Source: Botryllus schlosseri (Eukaryota). From it: a stretch of DNA of 64,000 nucleotides. The stretch is taken from positions 9,798,001 through 9,862,000 of the forward strand of contig CM119372.1 in assembly GCA_051294905.1 (NCBI GenBank), given 5' to 3'. Made by a program: the position numbers and the translations under genes. Positions 12,501 through 24,946 of this stretch are shown here, piece after piece; within the stretch, counting starts at the first letter, position 1; every line of letters begins with the position of its first letter. The notes beneath the pieces were generated by a model. The model searched no databases. It was not told the DNA's origin and worked only from the letters and a program-made list of their open reading frames with translations.

Positions 12501-15500
12501 CGATCAGCCACGTCGCTAGTACCCACAGCTGAAAGAGAAAGAAGTCATTAGATGTGGCGGTGTTGTAAAGGCAGCGAAACGGAACTGCAAGCCTGGAATG
12601 ATTCGATAGAGAAATTGATTAATGGAGTGCCTACTGCCTACCTCGTTCTTCTAATATCGCAATGAAAATAAATGAAAATAAACGCTGCAGAATGAAAACA
12701 CGCTGAAGTAATGAATAAGAATCACATGGAACAAGAGAGATTAGATTGCAAATGTTACGAGCCGTATTTGCCTAATCCTAATCGATATGTCCGAAATGGG
12801 ATCTCGTAAAGTGCTGTCATCGCAGTACCGTTCAATTGAGGTGGCGAGATAGCACAGTGGCTTAAAACACAGTGGCTTAATCAACAAGGTAATACTATTA
12901 TCATTTATATTATTCGAAATTGGAAAGGTGTTAATCGTCATTTATAGATCTTTGGGGCAAATCAAATGGGCTTTTTACAACATATCACGAATTGGGCACT
13001 GCGGACGCCATTTGAGGTAGCGAAAATATGTTACATGAAGTGTGAATGAGATATGCAGCACATCGCAGTAAGTTGGTAGAAACCATCGATGAAAAACGTA
13101 TTTTGTGCATTAAGTCAAGAAGCGGCGACTCTTTCGATAACCCCTCATTCGTTGCACATCGGGGACCAAGCAATCGATTCTAAATATGTGACAGGCTAAC
13201 CTGCAGTGTACCTATAGCATACAGTCAAAAGATTATGCAGTTCGTGTCTGGTGCTGAAGGAAGACGGGCTGGGGAATAACCTGTATTGTATTGTGAGCCG
13301 CTTGCATCGACAATTCGACATGCTATTAAACCAAAAGAAACCAGCTGCATATATCTACATTGATTGCACTTCGCTTTTGTTATTACGTTCGAACATGATT
13401 GATGACAAGGAAGTTGGCTTACTCGAGCTCTATCGTCATCCCTGGTGATGCGATCGAAACCAATATTATCAAAGACGGTATCCTCTGTGCAGTTACTACT
13501 TCCGCAAATGTAGTCAATTTTGTATGCAAACCTATATAACCTACACCTATAATTTTTGCGTTACTAATCTCGGACGTAAATGCGATCCGCAACGCGATTT
13601 TAAGCGGTCCTCGAAAAGTCACCTGGAATTCAGAACATAAAACCTACTTTTTAATGATAATCCGTGGACACAAATCACAGGCTGTATACACTGAATCGGA
13701 TCTTCGTTCTCTATGAAGCCTGTTTATTTATGTGCCGCACTTACGTAGTCTATACCTATACGTCATACGAGTAATCCGGATTCAATGTAGCAACGTGTGC
13801 CGTAACAATTACAGTCACAAAAAGTCACTGTTTCCATATAGTTTCGTTCAAACCTTCTCTGTTGCCATCGTCACATTTACACAATCTGTGCTTCAAATTG
13901 TTACTCTGCGTGATATGTTTCCAAATCCCTAATTCGTAAAGCAAGTTACGGGCAGACGTGCCAAAAACAAGAAAGATGGGGCCGACGGCCGAAATTCTAA
14001 GAAGATTCGGAGCACTAAAATTTGTTTACTGGAGTCAGGGGTGTACACGTCCTTTTAGCTTGTGGCGAGCAGGTCGCCGTGGAGTACAATTTAAGCCCGT
14101 ATTACTGCATAAAACACGAAGACAGACACTCGGCCAAGGGTGGTCGAGTTTCGGAAGCAGTGCTGTTTCCGTCAACAACAAAGACCATTTCACCAAGCTG
14201 CACACAGCTCTGGAGGCAGCGACCAAGACAAGCTTTGTAGTATCCTAAATACATGTTAATGTTTTACGAGAAAAAGTACATCCAGTACAATACATCCACT
14301 GAGCAGCACGTATTAACAATGTAATTAACTGCTTTCAATTAAGAAATACAATTAATACGCCACAGAATATAGTTAAAATTTTTGACTAGGCCCGCCAACA
14401 TATTTTCTGCTTTTCATTTGACCTAAGGGGAAAATAATTGCCCACCGCGGACTAAGATGAAGCATGCTTACCAAGAAAACTGCGTGAAATGTGGTAGAAG
14501 TATCAATTTCCAAGACATGTCAAAACTATTACAAGTGGAAGTAGCAAATGAAAAGTATGAAAAGTAATCGAGTCGTTTGACAAAATAAACTTGTTCGAGG
14601 GTAGCGTAGTTTTAGCGATTACTTGGATATGGCTACATCTTACATAGCAAGGTCCGTCTTCGTAACTAACGCAAAACGACACTATACAAATAAATGCAAT
14701 CTTGGACAATATATTCAATTACCATGATACACACACGTGATACATGTACATTACGACTAATCCATAAAAGTGATGTGAACGTATCTTGAAACCACTTTAT
14801 ACTTTTCTATATTCAAAGTGTAACAAATAAGTAGTGTTGCCTGAAAAACTTATGAAAAATTGTAAGTAGGCCTATTACAAAAAACGTAGTCCATCTACTT
14901 CGAAAAGTAGAAGTATGCTTCGTTACTGACCACCTCTGCTTCAATGTGACCAGTTAGTAATTTTATGCTTGGCCGCTTTAATCCTCATCAAAAAACCTAC
15001 TCTGGATCCGACCGGACTCCAGCCGTAATACTAACACTACTCATACCGAGATTCACACTATGTACACTGAATGCTTTGTACGTACCAGTCCACCTCGTTT
15101 GGTGATGCGTTGAAAAAAAACCGGATGTTGAATGGAGATCAACCGCAGGAAAGCGAAATTTAAAATGTGCATCGACGTGGAAAAGGTAGTCATGGTATCG
15201 ACTGCCCAAAAGAGCTGAAAGGAAATTCCACGGAGATCACATCGTAATAAAGACACGCAATCGGTATTGCAAATCGATCGCGCTTGCCAGTCAATCTAAA
15301 AAAATTGACAGTGACAATTTACATCTACTGGGTGGGCACACAGCCGAGGATGCGGAAGTGATATAGATCGGGTTAGAGGTCAATCTGGGATCCTTATCGC
15401 CCATGCACAGGCACAGGCACTGACTGATAATAGCCTCGAAGCAAAGAGTGCTGAGTCGTAACTATGTTGGCGGTATACGCGGAACATCATAATCACAATG

Positions 15501-16684
15501 CGACATGTAATGTATCATTGCAATCACTAAAAACTATAGTCTATGATGCATTATCCTACATCGATTGCAATTTGTGTGTATTTTCTGAGCAACAATTGTA
15601 ATTAATTTATTTCCGCGCTCTTTTCTTTCTTATGGCTACTCGTGCGCTAAATGACTTCCGTGTGATTCGCACTTATTGTAAGCCCTCTTACTATAGTTTG
15701 CTTGCATGTAGGACTTCATACGGCAGGGTCATTGCAAGTATAAAAACGAAGTGAGGCGAAATTGTGAACATGCACGGGGCTAACATCATGGTCACACCCC
15801 TATCACTCCGCGCATACGACCATCACAAATACTAAATACTAAATGCGTCAAGGCTGATAAACTGAAAGACTTGAACGCTCGAGATCTGAATCGTGTCACA
15901 CTTACTTTGCAGAAAAAATTAGGAGGAATCCAAACATCAAACCCCACCGTCCTTCTATACCAGAAAAGTGGGCTTATTAGCGCTGACATTAGATCGGAAA
16001 CACACAGCGATGTGATGAAGAGCATGAACACATTTCTGTTAAGATAAAGGGCGAGCGAAATGGCATATCGCAAATTTACTGTATACTAATTTACTCAAAC
16101 CTCAATTTCGGACTCGTTCGTATCACTAATATTGTCGTAGTGTTCAAAATGATCCCGATTATGCAAAAGAGAAAAATGATGACTCCGGAAAATATGGTTA
16201 CGCCTTCGGTGAAGGGTCGCACGTAAGTCCTGCAAATAACAAGACATTGTGGATTGTAGAATTTCTTTCGACAAAATTATGAAGATGTGGATTAAGGACT
16301 AGGGCGCTAAATGCCCACTGACCGTGATTTCTAAAAAAAGAATGCCTCAATATCTCTCTCGCACATCATAGCATACTCGTGGTGTAATTGTGCCGTTGAA
16401 AATATTTTGGGCAAGAACAAAATAAGCGGCGGCAACTTTCAACCACTATTATGTTTTTCATGTCCTTTTTTAACGGTTGTTTTTATATAGGATGAAGTAT
16501 TATTAAACACCCGACTTATCCCGCATGCAATGTAAAAATGTAAATAACAAAATAATCTATTCAGATGTATAACTCGAAGACGGCATCTCTGAGTCAAAAT
16601 CATAAGCAAATCTGGCGATAGTTTCACTTACTCTTGCGTAGTCGAGTTCTGAAATGGCACCGTAGAAAAATTGTAATCGTACAT
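9593..16684 (-). CDS. Class A (rhodopsin-like) orphan GPCR paralog B, 7 exons, 357 aa
   Basis: Exons 16632-16684, 16101-16229, 15906-16035, 15086-15214, 12380-12528, 9907-10142, 9593-9840 (1074 nt, open frame, TAA at 9593-9595). Seven hydrophobic segments with LCVSD (TM2), C3.25, R3.50, ECL2 WPAC, TM5 LLP, TM6 GYLP, TM7 NPVFY and CxxC after helix 8. Confidence 0.93.
10852..12013. mobile_element. hAT MITE, TAGGGATGGTGTGAAC family, with a SINE inserted in its left TIR
   Basis: TIR TAGGGATGGTGT...ACACCATCCCTA; perfect TSD AAAATGAC at 10844-10851 and 12014-12021; body homologous to ~25840-27782 and 50996-52403. Confidence 0.85.
10863..11150 (-). mobile_element. tRNA-like SINE, family 2 (second copy)
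   Basis: Reverse-complement homolog of 2830-3108, with head and (CAA)n tail. Confidence 0.8.
13570..14250. repeat. Dispersed repeat; inverted, interrupted copy at ~18155-18490 plus ~20600-20965
   Basis: GCAGCGACCAAGACAAGCTTTGTAGTATCC (~14217) pairs with GGATACTACAAAAGCTTGTCTTGGTCGCTGC (~18160); CCAAATCCCTAATT (13921) pairs with AATTAGGGATTTGG (~20615). Confidence 0.75.
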
Positions 16685-17439
16685 TCTTCGGAAAGTCAGA
16701 ATATTCCACAGATAGGTATGTGTGTTAATATTACGTATATAGCATATATGTCTAATGCAATGCACGGTAAAGTCTCTGTAAATCCCAGATACGTTCAATC
16801 GTATATGGTTATAGGCGGCGAGCGTCATCAGTACAACCTTTCCGGCCAGCTGTGTGGCGTGAAAAAATGATCGCTAATATGTGAGCCTATTTCGCATACC
16901 GCACTTATCGGGACAAATTACCGGCCAACCGTACATCACTTATTAGTAGTAATCAGGCGAAGCGATACAGGAGGATAAAAATGCGACCTTGTTATAGAGA
17001 CGTCAGCAGGCGCACCGGCAAAGATCATCTTCTATCTCGATTAGACAGGCAAATACGCGTTCGTCCAATTTTTCAGCGCGTCGCAGTGTTATTGTCTTTC
17101 TATTGAATGACTTGAAACGTAGCACCACCTTCCGGTGACCGTGTGACCCCTAGGTCGTGGTCGTCGATGATGTTGCGAGACAGTGCAGTAATCGTAGACC
17201 ATATATTGGTAACAGCAATTAAGTTATTATTATTATTTTTTACAGACACCTCTTGCCGTCGGACTTCATTTTGTTTGTCATGCCAACCACGATTACAAGA
17301 TTCAATAGAAATGTATCAAGTTGTATTCGCGCCCATTAGCGCCACAAGCCGCATTACCTCGTTCGCAATGATTTGTGAGCAATTTTCATGATATTCATTT
17401 AAATCGGAGCGCGAAATTGGACAGGGTGTAATTGTATAT

Positions 17440-18106
17440 TAGGGCTCTTCAAAAATGACTTCTTTTCTCAAATCGTACTGGCTACTTGATAAAATTGTTA
17501 GGTTACCTAATTTAAGCCTACTCATCAAATTTGGTTCAAATCCAACCAGTAGTCTCATTGCTACAGGAGAAGAAAGATTCTATTTATTATATAAAAATAA
17601 ATAACAAAAAAATTTGAATATTTTCTGTTCACCCCATGAAAGTGTTAGGTTGTCTATAGAAAGGACGTTCACCAAATTTGGTTCAATTTCAACTAGTGGA
17701 AGCGGAGTTATAGCCGTTGAAAAATTTGGATTATGAATAAAATAGTATTTACGGTGACCAATTCTTTAATTCTTTTTTATCATGGCGCCCACCGTAAATA
17801 CTATTTTATTCAAATCCAAATTTTTCGACGGCAATAACTCCGCTTCCACTGGTTGAAATTGAACCAAATTTGGCGAACATCGTTTCTAGAGACAACCTAA
17901 CACTTTCATGGGGTGAACAGAAAAGTTTTAATTTTTTTGGTATTTATTTTTATATAATAAATAAAAAACTTTCTTCTCCTGTAGCAATGCGGCTACTGGT
18001 TGGAATTGAACCAAATTTGGTGTGTAGGCTTAAATTAGGTAACCTAACAATTTTATCAAGTAGCCAGTACGATTTGAGAAAAAAAAGTCATTTTTGAAGA
18101 GCCCTA
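17440..18106. mobile_element. Near-perfect foldback MITE (~315-bp arms, ~30-bp loop)
   Basis: TAGGGCTCTTCAAAAATGAC...GTCATTTTTGAAGAGCCCTA; arms complementary inward to AAATAGTATTTACGGTG / CACCGTAAATACTATTTT. Confidence 0.9.
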
Positions 18107-18491
18107 ATGCATTTAATCCCGAGATCTGTTTTTCTATAAAGAAATTGAAATGTACTTGGGATACTACAAAAGCTTGTCTTGGTCGCTGCCTTCCTAGCAG
18201 TGTGCACTGTGCAGCTTGGTGAAGAAGTCTTGTTTGTTTCGCGAAGCCAGCAGTTCTTCACCACTCCGCCTCACTTGGACGAGTGTCTTGTGTTTTTTGT
18301 CATAAGACCTACTTATATTGTCCTTAAATACGACGACCTGCTCGGTACAAACTACCTTAAAGACGGGTTTACCTCTGACTCCAGTAAACTAATATTTGGT
18401 TCCCCAAATCTTATTAGAATTTCGGCCTTCGGCCCCCATCTCTCTTTTAGTGACATGCACGTTCATCCTTTATGGGTGATGATGACTCGTG

Positions 18492-20580
18492 CACTGTAAA
18501 AAATCTGGTAGATTTACTGGGAAATCTCTGTAAATTTAACAACGAATTACCAGTCGCAGCCAATAACTGAACGTAGCTTGTAATTTTACATTTTGATATG
18601 TAATATTACCTTAATTTAGCCGTGAAGTCAAGTTACCAGAATTTCATCGCAAAATTACAGACAGTTACTTGTTACTGCAGTTTACCAGGCTATTGGCAAA
18701 ATTGATTAGCTTCAAAATCGCTGCAGCCAATGTATATGGGGAACTGAATGTTACTGATATATCATTATCGTGGTGATTTGACCTGATTCAACCTCGTTTG
18801 CGAAACTGGGGTCTGTCATACGGAAATTGGTGGCCCTAGTACCAATTTCAGTATAGTACATAGTAGGGTACAAGAAACAACTGGCAATCGTAGCTAATGT
18901 GGTTTTACACCATGGCCACTATATTATATTATAAGGCTGTGGCTATACGGCCGGTCTCGCTGGTTACATTCGTTGTCACGGATAGAACTGATAAGTTAGA
19001 AAATCAGTTTAGGATGTATAATATTGTTTGGGAAACTAGAAAATAAATATCGGCACCGCATGCGCAGTTGCATGATCATTTGTTAATGGTGGACAAGGCG
19101 ACCTTTATGGGTTACATTAGGTTACCGTTACGCGTTACTGGGTTTCTGAGATTCGTTGTAAACAACCAACGCACAACTGTGACATCACAAGCAGCGTCTG
19201 GTTAAGTAAGTACAGTAAGTAGTGAACAACACTTGGAATAAATATCAATTTATACGAGATTAGATGAAAAAGAAAGGGACTATATGTAATAATAAATGTT
19301 TCTGTATGGAAAACACGACCTAGATCAAACATTATAACGTGGCCAGTAAATATTATTGGTGGCATATGTGAGCGGATGAATATATCACTTATTTCGAAAT
19401 CGCTTGAGTGTCGTCTGGCCAGTGGCCGTTATTGAGATTTGAGCGAAGGGTGGAGCGAAGCTTATTGTGCTTGAAGAAAGTGGACACGATCGTTGAAGAT
19501 TGCTAGGAATGCTGAATGGGGTACGCATCGTAAAAGGTACAGTACTACATAGCATTTGTTACCGTGAATATCTACGACTGTGCACACCACCGGGATGACT
19601 TTGATTTCATGATTGAAATATTTCATTCGCCGCATTTTCTGTTCTATTTTGGGATATTAGTCCACTTATATAGTGACCTGTGCCACCACATACTCCGCCG
19701 CGGAGGAGTTGAAACTGTTGGTTTCTTACTGTCATTTTCGGGCCATACCATAGAGATGTTTTCATTCACTGCTGGATTTGTTTGGCACACACTCCACCTC
19801 AAATGAGGAACCTTTTTGCTTCAATACATTAGATAAAGTATGTCTTGAATCTCTGCTATATCATGTAAAATGCGGAGCCGTCATCACACAATGTACCAGT
19901 ACCGGTACTTCGAAACATGTTATAGATATTTTTGTTAGCCCATTTGTCTTAGTCTTTTTAATGTCATGTCTAGGTTAGCAACTTTGCTTAATATAGCGAC
20001 TTATGCATGAATTCTTTTCAGTGGAACTGCTTGTTACACAGAAGGAATGAGGACGAGAAAAAGAAACAACTGGAAGTCTGGCCAGTGGTGGAATTAATTC
20101 ACCTTTTCTTGAGAGCACTCGTGTTACTGCATGTCTCCTAAAGAAGAATTAGACCTCCAGCAGCAATACTTTTCCATCGATAACCATTTCATCGTGAATC
20201 ATGAATGAATATACAGTTTGTTCCAATGTCGTTTTGGGAGTGTGAAGAAACTTTTCCGATGTTTTAGCATCGCGTTGCTTTGCGATAGGTATGGATGTAC
20301 GCGAATTTACAAGCTGGTATGTAGTCCTGATTTACACGGACAGCATGTAGGTAGGTAGGCGGTAAAATTACAGTCTCGCTCGTAAATGTACAGGAGAACA
20401 TGTAGCTTGGATATACCGCGGGAGACTGTAACATTACAGTCTGGTGTGTAAAGTCAGATTACCAGACGAATGTAAGTTAAATTTACGTTGACTAACGGTA
20501 ATGTTATATTACCACGAAATGTCTGGCTACCGTGCTTCCAAACATTTCGCGGTAAATCGAGGTTTTTATTTTTTACAGTG
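18492..20580. mobile_element. CACTA/EnSpm-like non-autonomous element
   Basis: TIR CACTGTAAAAAAT...ATTTTTTACAGTG; 2-bp TSD TG; splits the repeat homologous to 13570-14250. Confidence 0.75.
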
Positions 20581-22184
20581 TGGTAATTACGAGCACTGGT
20601 TGACTTATTTTACAAATTAGGGATTTGGAAACGTATCACGTAACAATGTGAAACGCAGACCGTGTCATGCGTAATGTAACAATGGCAACAAAGAAGTTTT
20701 GGAAACATAGTAACTTCTGGTAACTTCAATTATTACGGCATACTTTGCTACAGTGACTTTATTTTGAATCAGGATTACGCATGCAACATATACGAAGGCT
20801 ACGTAATCGCGGCACATAAATAAGCAGGCTTCAAAGTAAACGAATATCCGGTTTAGTTTATATAGCCGATGGTTTTAGTCGACGCATAAACATTCAAAAG
20901 TGGGTTTTATATTTTGATTTCCAATCTACTTTTCGCGGGCCGCTCAGAATCGCGTCGCAGGCCGCACATTGCGCAGGTTTGGAGAACACCAATGGGATTT
21001 GCCAAAATGCACGATGATGACGAGACCGATCCGATGTGGTTGCAACGCCTCAGGACACTACGTACAAACAAAAAATACCGAAAATAGAAAATACCTATGG
21101 ACCCTCTACAGTCCACAGCCATACAGACGAATGCGTAGTCATCAAAATATAGACTACGTTGCATTCTTGATTTCTTGCCCTAATTTCAGGAAATGCTGAC
21201 TCATGCTAGTCTATCTCAATTTTACTTCCGTGCTTACACCGCCGCAGCATGGGAGGCGAATGATACCCTTGACCCGCCTAAACTTTTGACTTGTATATTA
21301 CGACATCATATGGTTACGTTACGTACCAATGGATCTATAATCTAACTTTGCTGTGGGAAATTAGTATGACTTCGCGACTTTAATTCCTGGCTACGCCCAT
21401 AGGTCAATAATATTATTGTAAGCTGCATTTTAACAATAAACACGATTAAAGCTGAAAAGATTTTTCACACCTCACAGGACGCGATATATATATGTACTCA
21501 TATGGGCGTATAACTATAAGAGCAAAATTTGTGGGCGGTAAAAACAGCGTTGATGTGATATCACACAGCGTAAATCACACGGAGTCTCAATATTCTCTTC
21601 CCCAAGCCAGGCCAGTGACTGCTCTATTCCTACAACTTGTTACAACGTTTTGAGTAATGCTATTTTACTCTGCTGAGATAGCGTGGGTGGAATATAGATA
21701 GATGTAGCACATTTTCGACGAGAGATATCCAAATTACACTTCAGAGACACTCGCTATTCCCAGAAGCGTAACATACATGATGTAGAATTGTAGATTGTAC
21801 CATGCAGAATTACCTAGAGTTGCAATCGAGTCATGTTGTTCCGCGTGTTTCTCTGACTTCAACTTTTGCCTCGAGCCTGGTCGACTCAATTTAATTATGT
21901 CCTCGAGTCACGTTTGAGGACAAGTCTCAATACAAGAGTTCATAGTATATGAATGGTCGAGTGCGAATCCGAGTGCGAGTCTAAGTCAAGTTATAGTTTT
22001 CAGTTCCGAATCCTCTGCGAGTCATTTTTCATCATCTTATTCATACGATATTTAAACTATCCCATTCAGCATGAGGCCTGTTGAGTCAGCCCTTTGTGAT
22101 GAAACAACAAATCCGAATGAATAGTAATTTGATGTCGACATTGACATGTGTCGGCGTAAGCTTCTACACTAGGTTGCGGTATAT

Positions 22185-23328
22185 TAAGGTTTCCGTACGT
22201 CCGGAATTTCCCGGACATGTCCGGAATTTCACTGAAAAAACTGCATCCGGGAGGAAATTTTAAAATATGCCTAAATATCCGGAATTTTGAAGGCTCGAAG
22301 TAGGCTCAAAAGTTTTTCGTAAATCAACATAAACAATATTGTTTTCAAGCAGATCTATGACATTGGAAATTTTTCTTCGCGCTGCGCGCGAGGTGATACA
22401 ACATATATTGATATTAGTATGTGCACCAGGCACCGCCCTCGCAAAAAATGCGTTCAAAAATAAATATAAATAACCATCATTTATTGAAATAAGTCTAATT
22501 ATAATCGTAATTATAAGCTAACGGCATATTCCTAGAGTTCGTTAAGGCCGATTTGTTACTTCAATCACAGACAGTGGTTCCAAATCTTGGAGTCGTTGGC
22601 CTTTATCTCGGGATCGCTTCCAATATAGGCCGTGAGTAAATTTTGGCAAGCTGATTTTTTTAGTAATCAGCTAATCAAGTTTGAAGCTAGGCCACGGAAC
22701 ATTTTCAAGTTGGAAATGAGGTCACGGCCATAAAAGGTTGGAAATCACCAGATGTGCAACCTGCGGGTGCATTTTATAGTAGCTTAATACATGGAAGAAT
22801 CAATATTATTGACAGAATTCATTCATAAAATTTAACAACCAGATGTATATAGTAAGTGCCCATGAAGTTACATCGATTACCCTATGACGGGCCCCTAGAT
22901 CAGGGCTTTTTTGGGCGGAAGGCGGCTGAAAAAATGTTGTTTCGGGCCTGGTTAAAACACACAACTGCCGCACCGACCTAACGGTATAGCAGGGCTGTCA
23001 AGCTATAGATAACTAACCTCCGTAGGTTAGTTATCTATAGTCAAACTCAAACACAATCCCGACAGGCCAGACACGGCCCGCCAGACGATTTCATCCGGCC
23101 CGTGAAGAAATCTATTGCAGACCCAATAGCAAGTAGCAATCACCAGAGCTCACATTACAGATGGCTCAATTCATGATCTATGTTGCATTCCATTCTTGCA
23201 TACAGTCGATGCAATGCTTTGCTAGTGTGACATCATATTGACAGACAAGGTGGTATACCTCATTATAAATCCGCTAGTGGACGCTAACGAGTATCCGGAA
23301 TTTGCTTCCCAAAAATATGGTAACCCTA
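22185..23328. mobile_element. hAT MITE (TAGGGTTACCATA-like termini) with nested fragments
   Basis: Termini TAAGGTTTCCGTA...TATGGTAACCCTA; TSD CGGTATAT/CTGTATAT (7/8); TCCGGA subterminal repeats. Confidence 0.7.
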
Positions 23329-23712
23329 CTGTATATAAAAAAGCGTATATTCGCAACACACAAACGTCGTGCTGTGAACAATGCATACAATATTCCGAAT
23401 TCGGAAAATGATTGGTATTTTGGACCACGGTCAATAATGAGAGCGTAAAAAGGAAAAATGCACTGCGAGAAATCTCATGTCAACATGCTATATGAAGGAA
23501 GACATCGAGGCTGAAATCATAAGTGACCACTAGATGACGAATCTTTTGCACAGCACTTAATCAGAGCGTGCATGATAATAAGACATTGCGCAAACTATCA
23601 TTTCGGCCCAAGAATCATTGGTGATAAAATATGGCGCGTTTGAAGTTAAGCTTTGGATCAGATATAAACGAAAAATAAGAGACTTCTTCGCAGTCACTAA
23701 TAAAATCAAACA

Positions 23713-24946
23713 CAGTGGTTCCCAACCTTATTAGATGTCGGGGCCGCATTTCAAACTTCAGAGTACGTATGGATCCGCATAAAAACACTTTAGCAGCCTA
23801 TACTTATAACTAAAGCGATTTTTTTACCTAAAAAACGGAAGATTTTGACCTAACAATAAAAAATCTGAAATGTTTTAACCTCACGTATGTGAATTAGGTG
23901 TTTTCGCACATAATGTTAAAATTGTTCCACTTTTCCTCATTTCTGGTTGGAACTGTCTGAGCTTACGAAGCAGTTTGGCCTGAAAAAACGTTTTTGACTT
24001 GAAAACTGGCAAATTTTTGCAGGAAAAAACTTGTATTTTAACGAAATCTGACCCTATGAAGAATTCTGGTAGTTACTTCACGTCTTATGGTAGAAATGAT
24101 TAAAATTTGTTGTAGTACAACGAAAGATCCTTTCCTACATTCTCGGGCAGAAAGTGTCTGTATTTACTAAGTAGCTTGCGAAGAATGGAGAAAGAACGTT
24201 CAACAGCAGCAGTTGTTGGCTGGCAACACTGAAGTTGTGCGTATACACTGCTGGTGAGTGGTGACACACCGTGTTGCTTCATTCTGACAATGTTGTCTAC
24301 AACACAATTAATCATTATGTGCTTCTTGATGTAAGAACCATGCAATGCCGAAGCCGTCATGCTTCAGTCAGGATATTGCGGTACGTTGACCATCACGCCA
24401 TGTCAACCCATTTGTTTAATTTGACTGCTTATGATTCTCAATGAGCAGACAATGGGCCGTCTAGAACGGTAGGCATATACAGTAAGCTACAAGATGTAAA
24501 ATATGAAATGATAAGTTAACCGACAATGCAAAATCTACGATACAAACTGAAAATGCTATCATTACTACTATATACTGTTATGTCATTATGTGATAGCTCT
24601 TCATACATTCCAGCACTTGATGCACAAGTTTGCGGGGGATTATACTCTTAGTAATATTGGACTTATGTGCAATTTATACTTGACTATGAGCAGCTATTCT
24701 GATGTTAGTAAAATTGTATCGACATATACTCTCCCGGCATATACTCTCCCGGCATATACTTTCCCGGTTTAGACATAACTAATATTCCTCATTTTAGCAT
24801 TAACATACAGAAATTGACTATAACTATGTATTGAAAAAAGAACTGTCGTCTATTATATTTTTGTGTCATATTTAGAGGTCAATCAGAGCCGCAAGTAGGC
24901 TCCTGGAGCAGCATGCGGCTCTGAGAGCCGCGGTTGGGAATCACTA
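23713..24946. mobile_element. hAT-type MITE hosting a transposase relic
   Basis: Termini CAGTGGTTCCCAACC...GGTTGGGAATCACT; no TSD recognised. Confidence 0.6.
24100..24360 (-). pseudogene. hAT transposase C-terminal dimerisation-domain relic (copy 1, element ~23811-24560)
   Basis: YAQLQCCQPTTAAVERSFSILRKLLSKYRHFLPEN matches the P-x-T/S-x-x-x-ER-x-FS motif of hATC domains; second copy near 45.4 kb. Confidence 0.65.

Noticed and set aside
15086..15214. Calling the receptors biogenic amine (e.g. 5-HT2-like) receptors
   Set aside because: D3.32 and M3.41-H3.42 are suggestive, but W7.40/Y7.43, DRY and CWxP are absent and the TM2 proline is at 2.58; no gene symbol assigned.
24722..24767. CATATACTCTCCCGG x3 and similar short tandem duplications (~28921-28962, ~52983-53079)
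   Set aside because: Ordinary local slippage duplications with no further structure.
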